From Mobula hypostoma (lineage: Eukaryota): 64,000 nucleotides of DNA. The notes beneath the pieces are model-generated. The model worked only from the letters and a program-made list of their open reading frames with translations, was not told the origin of the DNA and did no database searches. The stretch's first letter is position 1, and each line of letters starts with the position of its first letter. Position numbers and translations under genes: made by a program. This document shows, one piece after another, positions 50,510-61,455 of the stretch. The stretch lies in the NCBI RefSeq assembly GCF_963921235.1, contig NC_086097.1, forward strand, positions 187,676,001 through 187,740,000. The letters are read 5' to 3'.

Positions 50510-52040
50510 GAAGTGATGACCAGGAGGAGGAAACCAGAGGTCCATGAGCTAATCCTCATCAGGGTATCAGGTGGACAGGGTCAGCAACTTTAAATTCCTT
50601 GGTGTTATTCTTTCAGAATGACCTGTCCTTGACCCAACACGTAAGTGCAATTACAAAGAAAGCATAGCAGCAACTCTGTCTCCTGAGAAGTTTGCAAAGA
50701 TTCAGCACTTCTACAGATGGGTGTGGAGAGTTTATTGACTGGTTCCGTCACTATCTGGTCTGAAACCTCCAAAGCCCTTGAACAGAAAATCCTACTAAAG
50801 GTAATAGATATGACCCTGTTCAGAGGTAAAGCCCTCCCCACCTATGAGTACATCTACACAGTACTGTCACAGGAAAGCAGCATCCATCATCAAGGATCCT
50901 CACCACCCAGGACATGCTCTCTTCTTACTGCTGCCATCAGGAAGAAGGTATAGGGGCCTCAGGACTGACACCATCAGGTTCAGGAAAAGTTACCTCAACC
51001 ATCAGGCTCTTGAACTAAAGGGGATAACTTCACTTGCTCCATCACTGAACTGTTCCTACAACCTATGGACTCATTTTCAGGGACTTTTCATCCCATGCTC
51101 TCGATATTTAATGGTTATTCATTTAATATTATTTATTTAATTTTGTATTTGCACATTGGTTGTTTACCTGGGTAGTCCCCCCAGTAAGCCTCAGAGTCGC
51201 TCAACTCACTGTCGTCTGGGGGAAGCAGCTCTTGGCCCTGCCAAACTGGGTAATTAAGTTTGTGTGGATGCTGTGTGATGTACAGCATCCACACAAGTAA
51301 CAGACAATACACCAGATACGATTAAAGGAATTACAATTTATAGATATCACTGGAACTATATAATTAATAGAGATAAAATATAAAAGGAAAATAAAAGGCG
51401 CCAAACTTATCAAAGTTCAACCTCTTCGTGCACACAGTTGGAGCTCTAGTAACGGTCCTCTGTTCACTATTTGATCCCCTCTGACCACTTCGTCCCGCCG
51501 CCTGGGACCACCCATGGTGGTTGATCAGACGCTCCACATGAGTCTGTCTTCGTCTCCTCTCCTCACCAAAGACGCTGGACCTCGGACTCGGGCTCGGGGT
51601 CCGCCCCATCAGCCAGCTCACAGCACTGCGTCTGCTCTCTCTCTCCCCATCGTGCCTTCTGCCCAGACACCCATGCATCACAATAGTTTACAGACACACA
51701 AAAAAGAATAACACCTATCCCAATTGGTTAATAAATGGATACAATCCTCCTTATCAGTAATATAACCCAAACAAACTGCTGGAAAGAGAACCACTGTCTC
51801 AGCAGTTAACATCACAGAGAAGCTATTTTAATTATAACATAACAAAGAAGCCATTTTAATTAGCCTATGTTGTAACATAAAAGAAGAAACCCCTTACAGC
51901 TGTCATATTGGGTGTAGTCTTTCATTGATTCTATTGTGTTTCCTGGATTTACTGAGTATGCCCACAAGAAAACAAAGCTCAGGATTTGTATCTGGTGACA
52001 TGTATGTCATTTAATAATAAATGTAGTTTGACCTTTGAGC
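50510..52040 (+). mobile_element. Rex1/Babar-like LINE 3' fragment, split by a solo LTR
   Basis: NFKFLGVI remnant, KAASIIKDPHHPGHALF.LLPSGRRYR; the tail resumes after 51898. Confidence 0.8.
51171..51898 (-). mobile_element. Putative solo LTR (Gypsy/ERV-type)
   Basis: Minus strand starts TGTAAGGGG and ends ...ggggggactacc (the expected CA appears mutated). Flanked by cctg/gctg, an imperfect 4-bp TSD; cleanly interrupts the host LINE tail; non-coding. Confidence 0.55.
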
Positions 52041-52704
52041 AACACATAGCTCTGGAGTGTGGGGGTAGGGGGCAGGCACACAAACTGCTGACTACTTCTC
52101 CACTCACCATTGCCCTCGTGCCTGATTGTAACTGTCCACCCTTCCAGCTCGTGGCCCTAGTCATCCTGTGTTGCAGCATTCTTTAAGGCTTGCTTGAAAG
52201 CAAGTTGTCGCATCTCATCACATTGAACTTTTTCTCCCTCAGTTTGTGCAGTACAAATGGGTCTCACAGATGGATAAACCAAGCTGCATCTGTAACTCCA
52301 AATTAATTTATATTTGAATATGTTTAGAGTACAAGATATATGTGAAAGAGTTATCCACTTTCATAGAAACTCTTTATAAAATTACTAGGCACTTGGGACT
52401 GCATCTGGGTAAATATTGTGTGAAATGCAAAGACTTCATCAGCAAATCACCTCAGACCAAAATGAAGAGAAACAGAAAACTAAAACGCAAAGGGATTATT
52501 GGCGGACTGGAGCCTATAAATAATAGGAAACTTGCCGGCAATATTGATGTTGGATTCTTTCCCCACAACAATTAGAACAAATTGGAAATTGACTACATGG
52601 AACAATAACAATTGGGAATCTTGGCCTTTACACAGGAGTTTGCTGATTGTTGGAAAGAGACTGTGTGCTGAGCAGTTGTTAATTGAGTGTCCTAATAGTA
52701 GAAT

Positions 52705-52807
52705 CAGAATTCCTGACGAAGGGTTTCGGCCTGAAACATCGACTGCAACTCTTCCTAGAGATGCTGCCTGGCCTGCTGCGTTCACCAGCAACTTTTATGT
52801 GTGTTGT
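52705..52807 (+). mobile_element. Penelope-derived single-arm unit with decayed hammerhead, 9-bp TSD
   Basis: CTGACGA(52713-52719)-AGGGTTTCGGCCT-GAAA-CATC-gactg; tagtagaat duplicated at 52696-52704 and 52808-52816. Confidence 0.75.
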
Positions 52808-54002
52808 TAGTAGAATTATTTGGTAGTGACTTGGATATTAGTCACAAGGATCATTCCCTCTGGATTGAGCTAATTAGCTACTAAACAACTTGTTTAACTC
52901 TTTTGGAGATAACTGTAGCCTTTTCAAGCACTATTAAGCATCCCAGTGAAATAGTATCTGGAACCGGGAAATCACGAGTACAACAGGCAACCATAATCTT
53001 TCTCTGACAGGTATTCCTACTATTCACAAAGCCAGAGTGCAGTGACATGTATGTTCACTGATAATAAGTTTTACTTTGATCTTTCAAACTTTAAACTTAT
53101 TTGTAGTTGGCAGTCACTGATCTGGGGAATTGAGCACCTTATAATTAAATGCTGGGCTATATTATCTGCTCTGGTGGTTTACTGTTGTGTTCATCACCAA
53201 TGTCCACAATCCTCCCCCCCCCCCCGCCAATGCGACTGCCAAGGACACACAGGGAGAGCTTTACAGTATCATTGGCTCGCTACAAAACAAGCATCCAGAT
53301 GTTTGCAAGAGACTTCACTCATGTTAACTCGCTGGACATTTTACCCAACTTCCACACACGCATCACCAGGACCACTAGGGGATCAAAACAGACTCGGCCA
53401 TGTTTATACAAACAGACACAGTACTTACAAGGCCATCCCATACCTTTATCTTGGCCTCTCTGACCACATCTCCACAATGCTAATCCCAGCATACCAGTCA
53501 CTGTTGAACATGAAGAAACCAGTCAAGATGACCATCACTGTATGGCTTAATGAGGCAACCTCTATGCTTCAGGACTGTGTTGAATGGACCAACTGGCAGA
53601 AATTCGAGGAGGCCACCACAGACCTTGAGGAATATGCCCCATCTGTCATTGGCTACATCGATAAGTGTGTAGATGAAGTTGGTACCTCAAGAATGGTCAT
53701 CTCACAGCCCAACCAGAAGCCCTGGCTAAATGCAGAGAGGTGATCTCTACTAGCGCCCCAGGATGCTGCCTTCAGGTTCAGTGACAGAACAGCTCTCAGA
53801 GCAACCAGGAGAAACCTGATTGTAGGCATCAAGAGAGCAAAGACCACTTATACACAAAAAATTCAGGAGCACCTGCCTTTTCAACTTATCAGATGTGAGA
53901 AGGACACTGCAGAGATTTAGCCCCCGTAAGGTGGCTGGACCAGACAACATCCCAGGCTGAGTACTCGGGTGTGCCTGTCAGCTTACTGATGTCTTCACAG
54001 AC

Positions 54003-56181
54003 ATAGAAAACATAGAAAATAGGTGTAGGCCATTCGGCCCTTCGAGCCTGCACCGCCATTTATTATGATCATGGCTGATCATCCAACTCAGAACCCTGCA
54101 CCAGCCTTCCCTCCATACCCTCTGATCCCCCTAGCCACAAGGGCCATATCTAACTCCCTCTTAAATATAGCCAATGAACTGGCCTCAACTGTTTCCTGTG
54201 GCAGAGAATTCCACAGATTCACCATTCTCTGTGTGAAGAAGCTTTTCCTCATCTCGGTCCTAAAAGGCTTCGCCTTTATCCTCAAACTGTGATCCCTCGT
54301 TCTGGACTTCCCCAACATCGGGAACAATCTTCCTGCATCTAGCCTGTCCAATCCCTTTAGGATTTTATACGTTTCAATCAGATCCCCCCTCAATCTTCTA
54401 AATTCCAACGAGTACAAGCCCAGTTCATCCAGTCTTTCTTCATATGAAAGTCCTGCCATCCCAGGAATCAATCTGGTGAACCTTCTTTGTACTCCCTCTA
54501 TGGCAAGGATGTCTTTCCTCAGATTAGGGGACCAAAACTGCACACAATACTCCAGGTGTGGTCTCACCAAGGCCTTGTACAACTGCAGTAATACCTCCCT
54601 GCTCCTGTACTCGAATCCTCTCACTATAAATGCCAGCATACCATTCGCCTTTTTCACCGCCTGCTGTACCTGCATGCCCACTTTCAATGACTGGTGTATA
54701 ATGACACCCAGGTCTCGTTGCACCTCCCCTTTTCCTAATCGGCCACCATTCAGATAATAATCTGTTTTCCTATTTTTGCCACCAAAGTAGATAACTTCAC
54801 ATTTATCCACATTAAATTGCATCTGCCATGAATTTGCCTACTCACCCAACCTATCCAAGTCACCCTGCATCCTCTTAGCATCCTCCTCACAGCTAACACT
54901 GCCGCCCAGATTCGTGTCATCCGCAAACTTGGAGATGCTGCATTTAATTCCCTCATCCAAGTCATTAATATATATTGTAAACAACTGGGGTCCCAGCACT
55001 GAGCCTTGCGGTACCCCACTAGTCACTGCCTGCCATTCTGAAAAGGTCCCGTTTATTCCCACTCTTTGCTTCCTGTCTGCTAACCAATTCTCTATCCACA
55101 TCAATACCTTATCCCCAATACCGTGTGCTTTAAGTTTGCACACTAATCTCCTGTGTGGGAACTTGTCAAAAGCCTTTTAAAAATCCAAATATACCACATC
55201 CACTGGTTCTCCTCTATCCACTCTACTAGTTACATCCTCAAAAAATTCTATGAGATTCGTCAGACATGATTTTCCTTTCACAAATCCATGCTGACTTTGT
55301 CCGATGATTTCACCGCTTTCCAAATGTGCTGTTATCACATCTTTGATAACTGACTCCAGCAGTTTCCCCACCACCGACGTTAGGCTAACCGGTCTATAAT
55401 TCCCCGGTTTCTCTCTCCCTCCTTTTTTAAAAAAGTTGGGTTACATTAGCCACCCTCCAATCCTCAGGAACTAGTCCAGAATCTAACAAGTTTTGAAAAA
55501 TTAACACTAATGCATCCACTATTTCTTGGGCTACTTCCTTAAGCACTCTGGGATGCAGACCATCTGGCCCTGGGGATTTATCTGCCTTTAATCCCTTCAA
55601 TTTACCTAACACCACTTCCCTACTAACATGTATTTCGCTCATTTCCTCCATCTCACTGGACCCTCTGTCCCCTACTATTTCTGGAAGATTATTTATGTCC
55701 TCCTTAGTGAAGACAGAACCAAAGTAATTATTCAATTGGTCTGCCATGTCCTTGCTCCCCATAATCAATTCACCTGTTTATGTCTGTAGGGGACCTACAT
55801 TTGTCTTTACCAGTCTTTTCCTTTTTACATATCTATAAAAGCTTTTACAGTCAGTTTTTATGTTCCCTGCCGGTTTTCTCTCATAATCTTTTTTCCCCTT
55901 CCTAATTAAGCCCTTTGTCCTCCTCTGCTGAACTCTGAATTTCTCCCAGTCCTCAGGTGAGCCACTTTTTCTGGCTAATTTGTATGCTACTTCTTTGGAA
56001 TTGATACTATCCCTAATTTCTCTTGTCAGCCACGGGTGCACTACCTTCCTACATTTATTCTTTTGCCAAACTGGGATGAACAATTGTTGTAGTTCATCCA
56101 TGCAACCTTTAAATGCTTGCCATTGCATATCCACGGTCAATCCTTTGTGTCATTTGCCAGTCTATCTTAGTTAATTCACAT
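54003..56181 (-). mobile_element. CR1 LINE (family B-related) ORF2 relic
   Basis: Consecutive minus-strand ORFs 54088-56140 with [22 protein letters not shown] and FADDT; CR1 tail at 54003. Confidence 0.95.
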
Positions 56182-57309
56182 CTCAATATGCCTACTGACC
56201 GAACTGCCCTACGGCAGATGCCATGGCATGTGTCATGTACCTGGCCCTGACGTGCCTAGAAAACAAGAACACTTGTGTCAGAATGCTATTCCTGGATTTC
56301 AATTCTGCATTCAAAATTATTGTCCCACGAACCTGGGTGAACAAACACCTACTGCTCTGTCTAAATACACCACTGTGTAACTGGGTGTTGGACTTCCTAA
56401 CGAATAAATATTCAAACCGTTCCTCCCTCACCACCATCCTCGACACAGGAGCTCCCTAGGGGTGTGTGCTGAGCCCCTGCTGTCCACTCCACAGCCAAAC
56501 ATCCGAGCAATCATGTCGTCAAGCCTGCTGATGACACAACAATGGTGGGGCTCATCACCAACAACGATGAGACTGCCTACAGAGAGGAGGTGGAAAGCTC
56601 ACGGTTGGTGCCAGGAAAATAACCTCTTCCTTAATATCAGCAAGACAAAGGAGAGGGTTATTGACTTCAGGAGAACTTGTACCACTCACACTGCCCTTCA
56701 CATCGGCAGCACAGCAGTGGAAACTGTGAGCAGTTTCAAACCTCAGGGAATATGTACACAACATTTAACCTCTTATGGTCCCAGAACACAGCCTCTGGAG
56801 TCAAAAAAGCTCTACTTTCTGAGGAAGCTAAAGAGAGCTGGACCTTGCACATCCATATTCATGTCATTTTATAGATGCACAGTCGAAAGCATCCTGACAA
56901 GCTGCATCACTGCCTGGTACAAAAGCTGCACTGCAGCAGACAGGCAGGCTCTGCAATGCGTAGTCAGAACTGCCCAATGCATCACTGACACAAACCTATA
57001 TCAAGGACATGTACAAAAGGTGCCAGAAAAGGGCCAGTAACATCATGAAAGAGCTGACTCACCTTATTCATGGACTGTTTGTCCCACCCCCATCAGGGGG
57101 GATGCTATGTAGCATCCACACCAGGACCACTAGTTTCAAAAACAGTTACTTTCCCCAAGCAGTAAGGCTGATCCAAAACTCCACCCACTAACTTCACCTT
57201 AACTTTATCATTTCACTTCAGTCACCTTTTACACAGCCTAATGTTACATTATAGATATACACTCAATCTATGTATATAAACTAACTTATGTATTTATATT
57301 TATCGAATA

Positions 57310-57625
57310 TGGAACATAGAAAACATACAGCACAATACAGGCCCTTTGGCCCACAAAGCTGGGCCGAACATGTCCCTACCTTAGAACTACCTAGGCTTAC
57401 CCATAGCCCTCTATTTTTCTAAGCTCCATGTACCTATCCAGGAGCCTCTTTAAAGACCCTATTGTTTCCACCTCCACCGCTGCCGCCGGCAACCCATTCC
57501 ACACACTCACCACTCTCTGCGTTTTTTTTTTAAGGCAACAACAGCTTACTCCTGACGTCTCCTCTGTGCCTACTTCCAAGCACCTTAAAACTATGCCCTC
57601 TCGTGCTAGCCATTTCAGCCCTGGG
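57310..57625 (-). mobile_element. CR1 LINE 3' fragment (family A)
   Basis: Reverse complement of the 26580-26935 type tail. Confidence 0.9.
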
Positions 57626-58059
57626 TTGAATTATATTGTGTGTGTGTTTTATTACTATTATTATGTTATTTATCTTTTGTGGGTCGTTTTGTGCTGCATC
57701 AGATCCAGAGTAACAATTATTTCATTCTCCTTACACTTGTGTACAGGAAATGACATAAAACAATCTTGGATACATTTCTTGGACAAGACTGGTAGGCCAA
57801 TCAAGAAGGGATCCAGGGTGAGTTAGCAAATTGGATACAAAATTGGCTGGGAGATAGGAAGCAGAGGGTGGTATGGAAGGTTGTTTTACATATTGGAATC
57901 CTACGTCTGGTGGTGAGCTGCAAGGATCAGTGCGGACTCCTCTGTTGTTTGTTTTATACATTAATGATTTGGATGAGCATGTAAGGGGCGCAGTCAGTAA
58001 ATTTCACCAATAAACCAGTTAGTAAGTTCCACCAGTACTCTGAACTAATGCTATTGAAT

Positions 58060-60398
58060 TCGAGGGACAACTGCGCAAGCGCATGGATGTCAGTGAATTA
58101 GACTGGTGCACAGTTTAACAGGAGACAGCTTTACAGAGCAGGTGATAGAGTAGTCGGAGACAGAATAGGAGAGCTTTGGTTCAACCAAGCTTCGGTGATA
58201 ACAGGTCGAGGCCAGTGTTCTGTACTGAGTGTCAGATGTGGAAAGTCCGGGATTCTTCCAGCCTCCTGGAAGGCCACATCTGCATCAGGTGCATCGAGTT
58301 GCAGCTCCTTCAGGGTCGGGTTAGGGAACTGGAGGTGCAGCTTGATGACCTTCGTCTGCTCAGGGAAAGTGAGGAGGTGATAGAGAGGAGCTATAGACAA
58401 GTAGTCACACCGGGGCCTCGGGATACAGATAAGTGGGTAACAGTCAGGAGAGGGAAGGGCAAGAGGCGGATACTAGAAAGTACCCCTGTGGCTGTCCCTC
58501 TTAACAATAAGCACTCCTGTTTGAGTAAACAGTGGAGCACTTCTGGCACAGAGTATGGCCCTGTGGCTCAGAAGGGTAGGGAAAGGAAGAAAGGGGACTC
58601 TATAGTTAGGGGGTCAGACAGGCAATTCTGTGGATGCAGGAAAGAAACGCAGATGGTATTTGCCTCCCAGGTGCCAAAGTCTGGGATGTTTCTGATCGCG
58701 TCCACGACATCCTGAAGTGGAAAGGTGAACAGCCCGAGACCATGGTACGTATTGGTACCAACAACATAGGTAGAAAAAGGGATGAGGTCCTGAAAAAAAG
58801 ACTACAGGTAGTTAGGAAGGAAGGATAGTGATCACAATTCTATCTCCGTTACCATAGCATTGGAGAGGGATAGGAATAGACAAGTCAGGAAAGCTTTTAA
58901 TTGGAGTAAGGAGAAATATGAAGCTATCAGGCAGGATCTTGGAAGCATAAATTAGGAATGGATGTTCTCAGAGAAATGTACAGCAGAAATGTGGCAAATG
59001 TTCAGGGAATATTTGCGTGACGTTCTGCATAGGTACGTTTCAATGAGACAGGGAAAGGATGGTAGGGTACAGGAACCATAGTGTACAAAGGCTAGGAAAT
59101 TATAGACCAGTGAGTCTTACTTCAGTGGTTGATAAGTTGATGGACAAGATCCTGAGAGGCAGGAATTATGAACATTTGGAGAGACATGATATGATTAGGA
59201 ATAGTCAGCATTGTATTGTTTTGTCAAAGACAGGTTGTGCCTTACAAGTCTGATGGAATTTTTTGAGGATATGACGAAGCACATTGATGAAGTTAGAGCA
59301 GTAGATGTAGTGTATATGGATTTCAGCAAGGCATTTGATGAGGTACCCCATGTAAGGCTTATTGAGAAAGTAAGGAGGCATGGGATCCAAAGGAACCTTG
59401 ATTTGTGGATCCAGAATTGGCTTGCTCACAGAAGGCAAAGACTGGTTGTAGACTCGTCATATTTTGTATGGAGGTCGATGACTCGTGGTGTGCCTCAGAG
59501 ATCTGTTCTAGGACCCCTTCTCTTCATGATTTTCATAAATTACCTGGATGAGGAAGTGGAGGGATGGGTTAGTAAATTTGCTGATGACACAAAGGTTGGC
59601 GGTGTTGTAGATAGTGTGGAGGGCTGTCAAAGTTTACAGCGGGACATCGATAGGATGCAAAACTGGGCTGAGAAGTGGCAGATGGAGTTCAACACAGATA
59701 AGTGTGAGGTGGTGTGAGGTCAAATATGGCAGAATATAGTAGTAATGGTAAGACTCTTAGCAGTGTGGAGGATTAGAGGGATCTTGGGGACACTCAAAGC
59801 TGCTACGCAGGTTGACTCTGTGGTTAAGAAGGCATATGGTGCTTTAGCTTTCATCAACCGTAGGATTGATTTCAAGAGCCAAGAAGTAATGTTACAGCTA
59901 TATCGGACCCTGGTCAGGCCCCACTTGGAGTAGTGCTCTCAGTTCTGGTCACCTCACTATAGGAAGGATGTGGAAACTGTAGAAAGGGTGCGGAGGAGAT
60001 TTACAAGGATGTTGTATGAATTGGGGGGCATGCCTTATGAGAATAGGTTGAGTAAACTCTGCCTTTTCTCCTTGGAACGGCGGAGGATGAGGGGCATTGA
60101 TCGTGTGGATAGTCAAAGTCTTTTTCCCGAAGCTGAAATGGCTAACACAAGACGGCACAATTTTAAGGTGCTTGGAAGTAGATACAGAGGAGATGTCAGG
60201 GGTAAGTTTTTTACGCAGAGAGTGGTGAGTGCATGGAATGGGCTGCTGGCAATGGTGGGAGGCAGATATGATAGGGTCTTTAAGAGACTCTTGGACAGGT
60301 ATATGGAGCTCAGAAAAATAAATAGAGGGCTATGGGTAACCCTAGGTAATTTCTAAAGTAAGTACATGTTCTGCACAGCATTGTGGGCCGAAGGGCCT
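58060..60398 (+). mobile_element. CR1 LINE (family A) retaining 5' UTR/ORF1, with two large internal deletions
   Basis: ORF1: CxxC..CxxC plus leucine-rich coil (CTECQMW...CIRCIELQLL...RELE) and SGNH esterase remnants (GDSIVRG, CLPGAKV, IGTNNIG). Jumps into ORF2 at about 58822 and again at about 59092; RT motifs follow. Confidence 0.9.
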
Positions 60399-60889
60399 AA
60401 AATTTTGGAGAGGGATTCAGAACACCTGGTCAGATTGGATTTATTTTCAGTAGTAATTCCACATAATGTCAGCCTGTTCTTTATTAAAGTTCTATTTATT
60501 TTTATTCTTTTGACTCTGAATACCAACTTATGGGCTTTTACTGCGGTATAATGGTACTTATTGAAAAAGAGGAGTTAAAAGCAATATCCAAAAAAATCTA
60601 AGAATATACTCTAATATTTTGAGGCCAATTCAAACATTTGGTTATTTCTTAAAAACAACTTAAAGAATGTGACCACTCCCTTTTCACTAAATTTAAGTAC
60701 AGGATGAGCTAAGCAATGTCAGTGTCTCCTCTGGAGCCAGAAATCTAAAATATGATGGTGGTGAGTTCAATTGCAGAGGCTTGTATGGGGTCAAGCAAAC
60801 ATGATATTGTCCTGCTGGACATTAAGAACATAAAGTACTGCAGGTCTATCAAATTAACGAGTTGCTCAGTGGTGAAGTAACTGAAGGAG

Positions 60890-61455
60890 TTTGGTGCGGA
60901 TCATGTTGCTGCCTGCATCAGGGAGGCATCAGTGCAAGAAGGGGATGTGCAATCGAACAGCGGGAGATCATCTGAGTTGCTTCTCTTGTGATTGTAAGAC
61001 CCTGCTAGACGTTGTTAATGTGGAATGCTGCAAGTCGGATTCACTGATTTTTTTGGCAGATGGCTGGTGAGCAGCATGGCCTCAGGAGTAGTGAGGACTG
61101 GGCCTCAAGCCGCAGTGTTGCCTGTTTACGGCCACCCAGGGGAGAGCTGTCAGACTTGGTGCACTTCACCGGAGGAGGCATGGTGCACTATCCAAGTTGT
61201 AGTCAGTGCTGCCCCCCCACCCCCCACCGTTCGCTTGGCAGACGACGTCATATTGTGTTCGACTGCAGATTTCTGCAATATTCATGGACTCAGGGCTTTG
61301 AACTATATTTTTTGTGAGACTGTATTTTACTGATAACTTGTATGTGCTTGCTATCTTACATGTGCTTTGTGTGCCTTGTGCTGTGAGTGACCATGTTGCG
61401 TGTTGCACCTTGTCCCAGAGTAATGCTGTTTCTTTTGGGTATTCATGTATGGATA
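60890..61455 (+). mobile_element. Putative non-autonomous retroposon with Rex-like tail
   Basis: GC-rich non-coding body, then tgcaccttgtcccagagtaatgctgtttc...catgtat, resembling the tail of the 39925 family; truncated by the CR1 insertion. Confidence 0.45.

Larger units (their letters stand above)
53100..57770 (+). mobile_element. Rex1/Babar-like LINE ORF relic (endonuclease + RT), interrupted by two CR1 insertions
   Basis: LGLSDHISTMLIPAY, PNQKPWLN, MLFLDFNSAF, LCNWVLDFLTN, TGAP and FYRCTVESILTSCITAWY motifs. Confidence 0.85.

Noticed and set aside
58815..59105. CR1 internal deletions as spliced-out introns
   Set aside because: Compared with the 27250-29790 copy, the segment deleted at about 59092 is not bounded by GT...AG at the observed junction; ordinary deletion is more parsimonious.
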